This document shows positions 10,674 through 24,422 of a stretch of DNA of 64,000 nucleotides, one piece after another. How positions within the stretch are numbered: the first letter of the stretch is position 1; the number at the start of each line of letters is the position of its first letter. The translations under genes were made by a program, and so were the position numbers. The DNA is from Antedon mediterranea. Lineage: Eukaryota; Animalia; Echinodermata. Location: the NCBI RefSeq assembly GCF_964355755.1, contig NC_092678.1, positions 5,782,422 to 5,846,421 on the forward strand, in the 5' to 3' direction. The notes under the pieces were generated by a model. That model was not told the origin of the DNA. It saw nothing but the letters and a program-made list of their open reading frames with translations, and ran no database searches.

Positions 10674-13600
10674 GGTAAGCGCTGATAATAAACAATGGCG
10701 ACGATAAGTGCTGATAAGCGCTAATAATAAACACTGTAAATGCTGGCGACGAAGCGGTGATAAAAAACACTGACGACGATAAGTGGTGATAATAGACACT
10801 GGCGACGATAATAGACACTAGCGACGATAATAGGCACTGGCGACGATAACAGACACTGGCGACGATAATAGACACTGGCAATAATAAACACTTGCAATAT
10901 AATGAACACTTTCAATATTAAACACTTGCATTAATCAATATTTGCAATAATAAACTCTTGGAACACATACTGTAAAATGACTAATAATACCCTGACAGTC
11001 ATACCAAGACGCTTACATGGATACATTTACACTGAGAAGCAATACATTGAGAAACTTACACTGGTACGCGTTACCTGATACGCTTATGCTACTGTTAACC
11101 ATTGAAAAAGTACTGTTGCTATTATTTTGCCGCAAGTGTCTTTTATTGTTATTATTTCGTTGGAAGTGTCTGTTTATTGTTATTATTTCGCCGCAAGTGT
11201 CTGTTTATTGTTATTATTTCCCCGCAAGTGTCATACCGCTATATTGCCTAAGTCATACCGCTATATCGCCTAAGTCATACCGCTATATCGCCTAAGTCAT
11301 ACCGCTATATCGCCTAAGTCATATCGCTATATCGCCTATGTCATACCGCTATTATTTCGCCGCAAGTATCTGTTATATTGATATTATTTCGCCACAAGTG
11401 TCATACCGCTATATCGCCTAAGTAATACCGCTATATCGCCTAAGTAATACCGCTATATCGCCTAAGTCATACCGCTATATCGCCTATGTCATACCACTAT
11501 TATTTCGCCGCAAGTGTCTGTTATATTGTTATTATTTCGCCACAGGTGTCATACCGCTATATCGCCTAAGTCATACCGCTATATCGCCTAAGTCATACCG
11601 CTATATCGCCTAAGTCATACCGCTATATCGCCTAAGTCATACCGCTATATCGCCTAAGTCATACCGCTATATCGCCTAAGTCATACCGCTATATCGCCTA
11701 AGTCATACCGCTATATCGCCTAAGTCATACCGCTATATCGCCTAAGTCATACCGCTATATCGCCTAAGTCATACCGCTATATCGCCTAAGTCATACCGAT
11801 ATATCGCCTAAGTCATACCGATATATCGCCTAAGTAATACCGATATATCGCCGCAAGTGTCTGGTGCTCTACCTGAAATTGGACGTGCGCTACCTGAAAT
11901 TGGACGTGCGCTACCTGAAATTGGACGTGCGCTACCTGAAATTGGACGTGCGCTACCTGAAATTGGACGTGCGCTACCTGAAATTGGACGTGCGCTACCT
12001 GAAATTGGACGCTTGAAGTATAACAAACGCTTGAAGTATAACAAACGCTTGAAGTATAACAAACGCTTGAAGTATAACAAACGCTTGAAGTATAACAAAC
12101 GCTTGAAGTATAACAAACGCTTGAAGTATAACAAACGCTTGAAGTACAGTATAACAAACGCTTGAGGTACAGTATAGTCAAACGCTTGAGGTACAGTAAA
12201 CCGCTTGAGGTATAGTAAACCGCTTGAGGTATAGTAAACCGCTTGAGGTATAGTAAACCGCTTGAGGTATAATTAAACGCTTGAGGTATAATTAAACGCT
12301 TGACAATAAGCGCTGATAATAAACACTGGCGATGATAAGTGCTGATAATAAACACTGCCGACGATAAGTGCTGGCGATGATAAGCGCTGATAATAAACAC
12401 TGGCGGCGATAAATGCTGGCGACGATAGCAGACAGTGGCGCTTGAAGTATAATAAACGCTTGAAGTATAATAAACGCTTGAAGTATAATAAACGCCTGAA
12501 GTATAATAAACGCTTGAAGTATAATAAACGCTTGAAGTATAATAAACGCTTGAAGTATAATAAACGCTTGAAGTATAATAATAATAAGTGCTGGCAACGA
12601 TCAGTGCTGGCGACTATAAGCGCTGATAATAAACACTGGCGACGATAAGTGCTGGCGACGATAAGTGCTTGCGACGATAATAAACACTGGCGACGATAAG
12701 CGCTGATAATAACACTGGCGACGATAAGCGCTGATAATAAACGGATACATTTCCACTGAGAAGCAATACATTTAAAAGCTTACACTGGTACGCGTTACCT
12801 TAAAAAAAATAATTACGCAGTATGTACCACCACTTAGCAATTTCTTCTGACATTATAACATAACACAAAACCAAGAGAGGATTCAACAGTATTATTAAAA
12901 CATTCATTATTTTGCAATCACTGAATATCATTTGAAAAATAATTGAATGCAATCATAATCACTGCTGCTGCTTCAGGATAAAGATTAAATACTACTATTT
13001 AGCCCATCGACACACGGTTACGAGTCTAAACCCATTCTGACAAAAAGTGGTGATCTTGTTAAAAACAAATTTAATCTGATTTTTGTTTTGTAGTATATAA
13101 TAAAAATGTATATATATTCTATCTGCAGACAGTATTGTTTCGATCTTATTAGATCTCGTCAGTGCAGCTCAGGTTTTGGAATGATATGTACTGCAGAACT
13201 GGCACAATATATAGGCTGAGCCAGTTAAGCAGGACATACACCCATTATCCAATCTGCAGACATTACTGTTTCGATCACACTTGCGATATAGACGCTTGTA
13301 ATATAATAAACGCTTGTAATATAATAAACGCTTGTAATATAATAAACGCTTGAAATATAATAAACGCTTGTAATATAACGCTTGCGATAACAAATGCTTG
13401 CGATAAACACTTTCAATAAACATTTTTTACATGCACATTTTTGTTATTACTGTATGAAGGCTAGTTTTTATCGATGCGCACAAGAAATGGATTTTAATTT
13501 TCAATTGTCAAAATAGTTTTACTATTCAAAAGTCAGTCTGAAAATCAAACTAAGATATAGACACTCTCTTTAGATTGTAAATCTTGTTTTTAAATTTCCG

Positions 13601-16600
13601 ATGAGTAACACTAATAAGTAATAAACCTTGATATGAAAAGTTCATCCAATATTTTTTGAAAATCATGCGTTGATTAACTAATGAAAATTAATGTTTTCCA
13701 ATATCATTTATACTTAATTTTCTTATAGAAACACCACACTACAGTATGTCATTCACAGTATTACGATAATAAACACTGGCGATAATAAACACTGGGTATA
13801 ATAAATACTTGTGATAATAAATACTAAAAATTTAACATTGGCGATAATAAAACACTGGCGATAATAAACACTGGCGATAATAAACACTGGCGATAATAAA
13901 CACTGGCGATAATAAACACTGGCGATAATAAACACTGGCGATAATAAACACTGGCGATAATAAACACTGGCGATAATAAACACTGGCGATAATAAACACT
14001 TGCGATAGTAAACACTTGCGATAGTAAACACTGGTGATAATAAACACTAAAGATATCAATATATTCTTAAAAATGGCTTCAATACCATATTTGTTAAAAC
14101 AATGTTGTTTTATATGATCCCATAAAATATTTGCTGCAGTACATTTACTGTACTAATGCTCTAGAAAATTAATTCACATTAACAAATCTTCTAGGAAAAT
14201 GTTATATAATAAACTCATGTGTTTATTTGGAAAAAATGTACGATTTTTTATATTTCTTTTCCATGTTACCCAATCTATATTTTCATCATTAAAATAGTTT
14301 TTACATTTTGTTTGGCATCTAAATTGGTTAAATAACTTTCAATGAAACGATTTGTTTGTATTGTAAAACATAGGACAAAAATACTAATAAAAGAATTAAC
14401 CCTTAGTCTCCAAAATGATCTTATATGAAAATCCATCGGTCATAATGATTAAAGAGTAAAATACTGACAATTAATGAGGTATCTCTCACAAAATTTTTTG
14501 TAAACAGATTTGTCATCTTTATTGTTTTAAAATGATTTAATTACCTTTCAGTAAATCACCGGGCGGTTTGGAATTTCTTAAAAATAAAAAGTTCCGAGTC
14601 TGGCAGTGTGAATATTTGTAACTTTTCCTAAAGTTTGTTTTTTTGTATACATGTAATGTTACTACTCTTCCCTGGTTCTACTCTTTGTTTTTAAGTACAC
14701 ATACTGAACTCTACAATTCTGTTTTTTCCCACAAATATTGTACATTTGTAACTCTTACATTTTATATCATGTTGCTAGCTGTAATTTTGTTATAATATGT
14801 GGTCGGTCACTATGTGTAAAACTCAATACAAGCTAATCAAATGTAACAATAACATTTCTTAAAAGAGAAGTTCAAAACCATAAATTAATTACAAATTAGA
14901 AATTGTAATTGTTTTGCTCAAGTGATCAAACTTTATGCTAATTCATTTCACATTCATGTGATGCATGCTACAATTATGTTACCAAATGTTAAAAGAAAAA
15001 ATTTGCCTTTTCAGCCTACTACATAAAAATGAATGGTGCGGCCTTTGTAATTATATTTTCAAACACCAAAACTATTATCCATAGACTGTTCCCATCTTAA
15101 TTACTATTATTCCATAAATCTTTACAGATTTGGTTGTTTGGCAACTGAGTTTAGATTGTTATACATCAGAAAATTAATATAAATAATATAATCTTCAATT
15201 TTTATGTGTATACTACTGACCTGAAAATATAAGTACTGTATTTTAAAAAACATAATATTCAATTTTTTTCATCAGTTTTTACATGCAAATTTGTGTTATT
15301 ATTTAGGCTAGATTCTACCACCTAGAAATGCATTTGTACATAAAATTAAAAAAAATAATATGTTGATATATTTAAATATCATTAAACTGGAAAAGAAAAT
15401 TGTAAGTATGTAAGAAAAACATTTAAAAAAATGAAATATATATATATATTTATATTCAATCTTTTACGACAACTTTCACATGCACATTTGTGTTATTATG
15501 TAGGCTAGTTTATACCGCCTAGAAATGACTTTTTATTAATTATCAAAAAAAATGAAAATGATACAACCGGCTTAAAAATTCATTTTTTAATTTGTAAAAA
15601 AATAAGATTTTGGTATATAATGAACAATTAAACCTGAAGAAAGTGTATGTTAAAAAATAAAAATTTGTATGATTTTATTATATTTGGAAATATGAACTAT
15701 TAACCTGAAAAAAAAGTGTAAATGTAAAAAAAACCATTAAAAAATAACCGATTTCTTTAGAAATGAGTATTTGTTTTGAAAATTGAGATTTCAGTGTACA
15801 GTATAATTGAACAAGTTAATTATTATACTGCCTGAAAAAATATGTAAGAAAAAAAAAATTCTGTAATGTGACTATGTAAGAAGAAAATTAAGAAAATTAA
15901 AAAAATGAAAATTAACCAATTTTTGTAGAAATGCATATTTGTTTCCAAAATTGAGATTTTAGTACAATATATTAGAAAAATTAAATTGCCTGAAAAAAAT
16001 GTATGTTAAAAAAAACATTTTTAAAAATTAATATAAATACAGAAATTTTATTGGTCCAAAAATGAAATTTGTTTGTTGACATGCTTGAACGAAGTCATAG
16101 GTATACACAAATACAAATAAATTTGTAAAAAATGAGATTTTAGTACAGTAAATTTGAACAATTTAACTATTAAACTAAGTTTGCCTGAAAAAAAGAAAAT
16201 ATAAGTATGTAATGAAATATTTTTAAAAATGAATATAGAAATGCATACTTTGTAAAACAAGTTAGATTTTGGTACAGTACATTTTGTACAATTTAACTAT
16301 TGTACTACCTGCCTGCAAACAAAAGTAATTATGTAAGAAAAACATTTTAAAAAATTAAACACGATAGAATATTCAACAGAAGCCTATAGAAATACATAAA
16401 GTATTTGTTTTCAAAATGTGTTAATAAATGAGATTTAAGTATATTTGAACAATTTAGCATGTTTGAAAAAAAAGTTGTATTCAAGAAAAACATTTAAAAA
16501 AATAATATATAGTAAATGATACAATATTCAATATAGAATTTAAAATATGAATGAAATAAGAATATTGGAAATATATAAATATATTTAATATCTATAGAAA

Positions 16601-18399
16601 ACAAATGCATATTTGTTTTGTTGTATTTATCCTGGCCACTGAGAAAATTCGAATTAGGCCTTCCACGGACTACACCTACCAGATCAGCACACCAGGAGAC
16701 GATCCCTAAAAAAAAATTGGAAAATTAATTGGAGATTTTGGTACAGTGAATTTAATGTTGAATGTATTACCTATAGGCCTCTCCTTGCCTAGAAAAAATG
16801 ATTTTGGTACAGTAAATTTAATTAATATTTTTAGCTTGCCTGAAAAAAAGAATTTTAGACAAAAATATCATATTCATCAACAGTCTATACAAATTCATAT
16901 TTGTTTTCAAAAATGTGTAGAACAAGTGAGATTTTTGTTCAACTATTATACTACATGCCTGTAAAAATGTAAGCACGTTAGAAAAATATTTTTAAAATAA
17001 GAACAAATTATATAATATTCAACAGAAGCCTATAGAAATGCATATTGTTTTTCTAAATAAGTAAAATGAAATGAGATTTTAGTACAGTAAATTTAACTTA
17101 GCCTACCTGAAAAAATGTTATGAATATAAAAAGATTCAAAAAATTAATAACAAATGATATAACATTTAACTAACATTTTATCAGTCATATGAAATAAGAA
17201 TATAACTAATATAAAAATATATTTATATTGAACGGATTAAAATTGGTAAAAAAAAATGAGATTTTGGTACTGAAAATAAGCAGTTGTAAGTAATATGTAG
17301 GAAAAACGTTTAAAAAATGAATATAAATGATATAATATTTAATTGTTTTCATCAATTTGTACATGCAAATTAGTATGTAGGCTAGATTCTACCACCTAGA
17401 AATGCATTTTTACATAAAATCATTAAAAAAAATGACATTTTGGTATATTTAAAAATCATTAAACTGGAAAAGAAAATTGTAAGTCTATAAAAATGCATGT
17501 ATTTCAAGCAAGATATTAGTTTTCAAAATGTGTTAATAAATGAGATTGAACGATTTAACTACTTAATTACTTGGCCTGCCTGAAAAAATAAATATAAATG
17601 ATATAATACACAATAGAAGAAGCCTATAGAAATGCATAACTATTTTAAAAAAAAGTAAATTATTCAAGTATTGTATTTAAAAAAAGTATGTAACATTAGT
17701 AAAACTATTAGTAAAAATTGTTATTATTATATATATGACTCCCCACATGATTACTTCATTGTATTTATCCTGTATGTTATTATACTGTGGAAATAAATTA
17801 AATTGAATAATGATATGATATTCAATCTTTTACCTTAATTTTTACTTTCACATTTTTTAGGCCTATTTGGTAAAAAATAAGAAAATTAAATATATAAATT
17901 AAGGAAAAAAAAGATTTTGATATTTGAAAAATGTAAAAATGCCTAAAAAATATGTAAGAAAAATATTTAAATGGTATTTTTCTATATTAATTAAAATGAT
18001 TAAACCTGCCTGAAAAAGAATTATAAGTATGTATATAAAATATTTTACAATATAAATAAATAAATACAAACATTTTTTTTTTCAAAATTATTACAAATTT
18101 AGATTTCTGTAAACTACCTGCATGAGACAAATTGTAAATGTAGAAAAATTAAATGTTTATTATGCAGGATAAATTCTTTTAAATGAAATAATATTCAATA
18201 GATATGCAAAAAAAAAATTTGTTTTAGTACACTGTAGTATAAGAAAATTAAATGTTTACAAATTAAAATATAAATGATAATATTCAACTACTGTTTGGAA
18301 AACAATTTTAAATGTAAAAAAAAATGAATTAAAAATGAATTTTATTGTTGCATTTCTTAATAAAAAAAACAACAAAACTTTGGTATATTTGAAAAATTC

Positions 18400-19455
18400 A
18401 ACAAGTGATATAATATTCAACCATTTACCAAAAATTAATTCTTTTGTTTTTATAAATATTTAAAATTTTTGACCACAAACCCCATTAACTTAGAATGCCT
18501 GTATTTACAGATATTCAACACAAATATATTTTGCATAAAAATAATACAATTGACTTAGATATCTCCATTTCTTTATTTTGAGTTTAAAAGGCAAAATTCC
18601 ATTTTTATAAATAATCACATTCTACTGTCAAAAATTCAATTTTTTTTCCTTCAAAATTAGTAAACAAAATTAGATTTTGATATATTTGAACAATTTAAAT
18701 ATTGTATCTTTCAAATTTCTGACCTTATAACTTAAGCATGCCTTATTCAAATTCTTACAACAGTAAGTTTACATATATTTTAGTAAAGCATTTTATTTCT
18801 AATAAAATTTAAAAATGTCCAAAATATTTTATTTATAACTAATTTTTTTTAATCGACTTTTTTTAGTTTATTACCCGAAAAAAATGTATATTACACAACC
18901 TTTGAATTTAAATTTGTTCAATTTGATTAAACCAAGCGATTCAACCTTTTACCAACAATTATTTTGTTTTTATAAATGTTTCAACTTTCTGACCACAAAC
19001 CTTATTAACTTAGAATGCCTGAGTTTACAGATATTTAACACAAATATATTTTGCATAAAAAATTAACTGTGATTTCTTTATTTTTTTTCGAGTTTTACTT
19101 ATTTCTAGTTTAAACGACAACATTTCAATTTTAGGAATAATCATCACATTCTACTGTCAAGAAAAATTTTTTCCCAAATTTGTAAAAAAATTAGATTTTG
19201 GTATATTTGAACAACTTAAATGGTGTTACTTTTCAACTTTCGGACCATATAACTTAAGCATGCCTTATTCAAATTTAGTCAAATTCTTACAACAGTAAGT
19301 TTACACATATTTTAGTATAGCATATATAGCATATAAAGTTATTTTCCTTTGAATCTATGATTTTGCATCTTCTTTTAATTTTTTTAGTTTACTACCTGAG
19401 AAAAATGCAAATTACACTACCTTTGAATTTAAATTTTTTCATTTTATTAAACCAT
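18400..19455 (+). repeat. Diverged tandem duplication of about 520 bp
   Basis: gaccacaaac...aacttagaatgcctg at about 18,471 and 18,991; taacttaagcatgccttattcaaatt at about 18,728 and 19,250. Confidence 0.8.
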
Positions 19456-19829
19456 AAATGTTTATGATAAAAGACATTTATCTGGACAGTAGCTTTGTTT
19501 CTTCACAAACCTCTAAGTTCATAAAGTGTTGATTTTAATGAATTCAATACAACATTGTATAATATTTTGAATACAATTTTGAAGCAGTGTTTTTTAAAAT
19601 AAAGTGGTCTTCCAATGAACATTACATCAATACTGTAGGAGCAACAAATATTTTTTTAAACTAGCTCCAAAGCTTTAAAAAGTGTCGAAATTTCACAGAA
19701 ACTTTTCAAAAATATTTTACTGTTTTTATAAAAACAACGTTTTTGATGTTTCTATGTACTACTGTGATTTTACATGTTATACCAATTTTAGTTTAGTACC
19801 GGAGACTAATGTTACTTTTTAAAAAGACA

Positions 19830-19980
19830 AATGAACATTTAAAAGAACATTATGATGGCATTAAGGCCAGGGGAAACCGGAAGGGACCATTGTCATCGAT
19901 TGTATTGGATAAGAAAAACAGATATAATGAACATTGAAAGAACATTATGATGGCATTAAGGCCAAGGGGAACTGGAAGAC
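19830..19980 (+). repeat. Short direct duplication (about 50 bp unit, about 97 bp apart)
   Basis: atgaacatt.aaagaacattatgatggcattaaggcca at about 19,831 and 19,928. Confidence 0.8.
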
Positions 19981-20498
19981 TTTAGTTACCGATGCAGTAA
20001 CTAAAGGGTGAAAGAATTGATAGTATTAGATAAGAAAAATTAGCGAGATTATGAAAAGAGGAGGGGACCGTTGCCATTGGTTTAATAAAAGACAGTGCCC
20101 TCACTGAGGGGATGTCAGGCTACTTGAAAAAACAAACATAGGGTAGTACTTTTTTTGAAGTACTTTTTTAAAATTAGTAACTACTCTTACTGGGATAATT
20201 TTTGTAAGCAACCACAGAGGGTGCTGTAAAAAAAAAACATCATACTAAACGATGATGCTATTAAAAACAATGTTTGGCATAGGTGTCTATGGATATGCCA
20301 GGCAATATCTAGACAGGGCAAAGGCAGAAAAAAAAATGTATTCTTTAAATCTATTTAACATACTAGGGGCCAGTACTTTTTACGCTATCACGATTTTTTT
20401 TCTCCCATATTATCTAAAAGAATTGGGGGGAAAAAATTTACCTTAACGGAAGGCAAAAGGATTAAAATAAAAAATTATACTGTATATGATATATATAA

Positions 20499-20590
20499 AA
20501 TTCGCAACGATAAGATGACGAAATCAGTGAGAATGAGAAAAGTCGACTTTTTCTCATTCTCACAGATTTTCTTATCTTATCGTTTCAAAT
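20499..20590. repeat. Hairpin of about 90 bp centred on gtcgac
   Basis: aacgataagatgacgaaatcagtgagaatgagaaaa-gtcgac-tttttctcattctcacagattttcttatcttatcgtt. Confidence 0.85.
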
Positions 20591-20919
20591 TAATTAATAC
20601 ATTTTCAGTATATCACCAGGCTGTTTAGAATTTGTTCTGCCTGTGGTGTTCCGCTTATATAGTTTAAATAATTATATAATAATTTATACAGATAAACAAT
20701 GCTGACAGAGACATTTTTTCGGAGTGTCAAAAAGACAGGAGCATGCTCATAGCTAGGTATATTAAGTGTTTCAGTTAGTGTTAGGAACCATTTCATGACC
20801 ATGCACCTGTATTCATTTTGCTGGTCCGACTAATGTAGCTCTAAATATAGAAAGCATTGAAATGTATTTCCCTACTTATTAAATCAAAGAATTTCCAAGT
20901 GATAACAACTTGTTACTGC

Positions 20920-21350
20920 ACATGGAATAAAACATACGCGAAAAAAAAAACAAACAATTGGAGATGAAATGCAGATATGTTTGTACAGGTCACCTAGCAA
21001 GAAGTGAGGACAAAAGGTAGGCAAAATGAATGACAACGGCAAAAGAAGAAAAAGAGGTAAAATATAAAAACAGAAAGACCTATAACTATTTGGGCAGCAT
21101 AGTTACAGAAGGGCAGCATAGTTACAGAAGAGTTATGAAGAGAAGAACGGGTACATCCAACATAGAATGATGGAGAAATGGACAACAGTCTGGGAAGTAA
21201 ATCAAGCGCTAAATCCAAAAGGTAGAGGACTGAATCAAAATAATTTACTGGAATAAAACTTTGTAATAAACAACAGGCTAAGATTGGCGATTGGCAATTG
21301 GCTAATGCACAAGCACGGACAGTCAAACAGTGAATGATGTAGGTTAGGCT
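20920..21350 (+). mobile_element. Degraded 3' fragment of an RTE-clade non-LTR retrotransposon
   Basis: Manual translation CTGHLARSEDKR*AK*MT resembles the WAGHxARxxDxRWxK C-terminal motif of RTE ORFs; in-frame stops. Confidence 0.5.
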
Positions 21351-21387
21351 ACCAATAACTGTGACATTTTATAGGTTTGAATTTAAT

Positions 21388-21572
21388 TTACCTCCGCCAA
21401 CGAGCTATATGTAATCGATTGTGTGTTTGTTTGTTAGTGTAGTGAAAATAGCCTAAATCACACACAGCATTAAGACAACAATTTAAAACATTTTTTTCTT
21501 TTTTCAGTGACATCTTGTGTAGGAGAATTTTACACTAGGCTGAGGTATGCACTCTCCGAGTGTCTTTCTAGT
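21388..21572 (+). mobile_element. Short HINE-like element
   Basis: 5' ttacctccgccaa, gttt microsatellite, 3' ggctgaggta plus hairpin gcactc-tcc-gagtgt plus ctagt. Confidence 0.6.
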
Positions 21573-22744
21573 TGAATACTGTGACATATAAACCTTGTCG
21601 ACAAAATGTATCAAACATTACTTTATAGATAGTCAGAGGATTTGAAACCAATTGCATGGTTTTAATAGAAAAACATTTAGCTGTGGTGAATATTGGAGCA
21701 ATTTCTTTTTTGTTTGACAGTGTCTGTGTGCAGTAATATTATAATTCTTTTCATTTTATTTTTTTAATCAAACTCGAATGTGTTTTTCACATGATTACCT
21801 CTATTTTCTATCAAACATTGGTGTTTTCCACTATAGATTTTCATTGTTTCGACGATATTTCTGCGATATTTATTTGTTTTTTGTTTGTCTGTTGTAAGCT
21901 ATGCAACCTCTGATTGCTCTTGCATTTTAAGTAAATGAACGGTTTGGCTAAAAACAAATAAATGAGAACTTAAACTACATGGTGAAACTATCCCCCGCCG
22001 GACACCATCCCGGTACTTCTAGAACTGGTTTCGGGGGGTTGGTTCAAACTATTATGGTATTTGAAGGTTTTGGGGAAGTACATACGTAAACATGCTTCAT
22101 TAATTGTGCAGATTGGTGACCTTTTAGTTTTTGCAAGTATCGATCTATATTTGTGACTGTGAGACATAATTTGGAAATGATGGTTGCCAGGATGGTAGGG
22201 ATCATTTACTTATCAAAGTTCGTATAATATTCAAAAACTGTTTTATAGTACATTTAAAAAACGAGAACAAAAAAGGCCATAGAGTGAGCTGTAGACTAAA
22301 AATTGTTACTTTACAAAGAACAATTATCATTGTTTTGCAGTACATTTAAAAACTTTTCTTTCAAGAACAAAGACTTTTTACTTTACAAAGAACAATTGAA
22401 CGACAAATGCTTGATCACATGACAGAGAATGATAAAGCAATGTTTCAGAATCAAAATCATTAACTGGCTTTACCTTATTTTCTATAAAACAAGACTTTTT
22501 TTTTTTTTTTTTTAAAGATTTTCATAATAATTTCATGTTTTATTATGTGTTGTCTCAACACAACATATCACTATAGTGTATTTTTTTCATTTTACACAAT
22601 CCTACAAATCAAGCAATAAAGTTTTTTAAAACTAAATAGATTTAAAATTAATAAGAAAATACACAGTAAAGACATTTTTTACAGTCCAGTTTTTGTCATC
22701 TAAGAATGTTTAAATCACATTTTTGTAACAAAACTTGTTAATTC

Positions 22745-22895
22745 ATGAAGAAAAATGAATTAAGAGAAATGCTTGGTGTCAAAAAGACAAAGCACAAGAA
22801 AGGAAATTATCCAAGTCAAAGAGACAACGGCAAAATGGGAAAATTAACTAGCAAGAAGATAGGACAACAGGTGGACCAAACGAATAACTGCCACC
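22745..22895 (+). mobile_element. Second RTE-like 3' relic
   Basis: Translation LARR*DNRWTKRIT at 22,848-22,889; shares ctagcaagaag and gacaacggcaaaa with the 21 kb relic. Confidence 0.5.
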
Positions 22896-23744
22896 TAAGA
22901 GCTGGCAGAGGAAGAAAAGCTGGCAGAGGAAGAAGAGCTTGCAGAGGAAAAGACCTTTTTTAAAACATATTATTCAACAAGTGATCAAGGGCTTCCATAA
23001 CACAAAAGTTGTCCCCAACCCTTACAAAATGCATAAGATACTTGTGCAAGGACATGAGAACCATTAGAATACGCTAAAGGGGTGGGGGAGGGGGGAGGTG
23101 GTAAATTAAAGTATATTTAAAAATTATGCCTAAATGCCGAGCAATATACCTTGGTGCAATTTTCAGAGCGATGTCCCACGGCGCAATATTTTCTTTTGGA
23201 GCGATTTCCAACGAATTGTGACCATCTGAGCGATGTATGCCTACCGCTAAGTCGGACCTACCGCATGAGCGCGTACCATCAAGCGCTACCTCTGAAGTGC
23301 ACCTCCGAGAAGAACGAGAAAATAATGGGACTGCGTTGCCACATCATCGATGAGGGGTATTGCCAGGAACAAAATAATCTGCGAACTACTGTCGGGTACT
23401 AGGCGCTACTCTCCGGCGCTACTCAACGGTAGGTCACAGTTCGATATTATAGGCATGTTTCTGTAAGCCTACCTCTACGTCGTAGCCTACCTCTCCAAGT
23501 ACAAGCGCTCCTACCTGTGAGCATAGGCCTCTCCTGCACCTTGAGAGCTCAGACCACAGAGTGATATAATTATTGCTAGGTAATATTATTTTAGCTTTTA
23601 TGTATGCACATCAGAATAGGCGATACTCTCTGATGCTAGGCATACTCTCAGGCGCTACTCACAAGGATACTATAGGCTACAGTTCAAAATTATAGGCCAC
23701 CACTTCCATCGTCTTCTGTCCATATGTGGTCGGTAGATCGAACC

Positions 23745-24422
23745 ACCTGTGTATGTGTGCGTTTTGTATATGGAAGGAGCGATATCAGTACGCCGCGCCT
23801 CACCACACCACCTGTATGGGTGCGTGTGTTGTATAACATACCGGAAGGAGCGATATCAGTACACCGCGCCTCACCACACCACCTGGATGGGTGCGTGTGT
23901 TGTATAACATACCGGAAGGAGCGATATCAGTACACCGCGCCTCACCACACCACCTGGATGGGTGCGTGTGTTGTATAACATACCGGAAGGAGCGATATCA
24001 GTACACCGCGCCTCACCACACCACCTGTATGGGTGCGTGTGTTGTATAACATACCGGAAGGAGCGATATCAGTACACCGCGCCTCACCACACCACCTGGA
24101 TGGGTGCGTGTGTTGTATAACATACCGGAAGGAGCGATATCAGTACACCGCGCCTCACCACACCACCTGTATGGGTGCGTGTGTTGTATAACATACCGGA
24201 AGGAGCGATATCAGTACACCGCGCCTCACCACACCACCTGGATGGGTGCGTGTGTTGTATAACATACCGGAAGGAGCGATATCAGTACACCGCGCCTCAC
24301 AACACCACCTGTATGTGTGCGCGTGTTGTATAACATACCGGAAGAAGCGAAACCAGTATGCCGCGCCTCACCACACCACCTGTATGGGTGCTTACGTGTT
24401 GTATCATTATCATACCGGAAGG
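23745..24422 (+). repeat. GC-rich 71-bp tandem repeat, about 9.5 copies
   Basis: Unit ccggaaggagcgatatcagtacaccgcgcctcaccacaccacctg(g/t)atgggtgcgtgtgttgtataacata at 23,841, 23,912, etc. Confidence 0.95.

Larger units (their letters stand above)
1..17126. repeat. Giant imperfect inverted repeat (palindrome); arms about 1-8,860 and 9,535-17,126; left arm truncated by window edge
   Basis: Position 1 tattcataacattttttcaggtaggct is the reverse complement of 17,100-17,126. Mirrored ORFs 4797-5051(+)/13169-13423(-) and 7318-7512(+)/10721-10915(-) are identical. Every minisatellite block recurs in mirror order. Confidence 0.97.

Noticed and set aside
7352-10881. Long ORFs of 278-401 aa in all three frames
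   Set aside because: Stop-free read-through of 19-bp tandem repeats; all three frames open with the same periodic peptide.
1-17126. Palindrome as a single-read fold-back sequencing artefact
   Set aside because: Arms differ by a structured 1.2 kb insertion, indels and variant-specific array expansions. A haplotype misjoin is not excluded and is listed as a test.
20605-20802. ORF with HAPVFLT reminiscent of a tyrosine-recombinase fragment
   Set aside because: Too short, no catalytic R-H-R-Y pattern, stops nearby; cannot be supported without a search.
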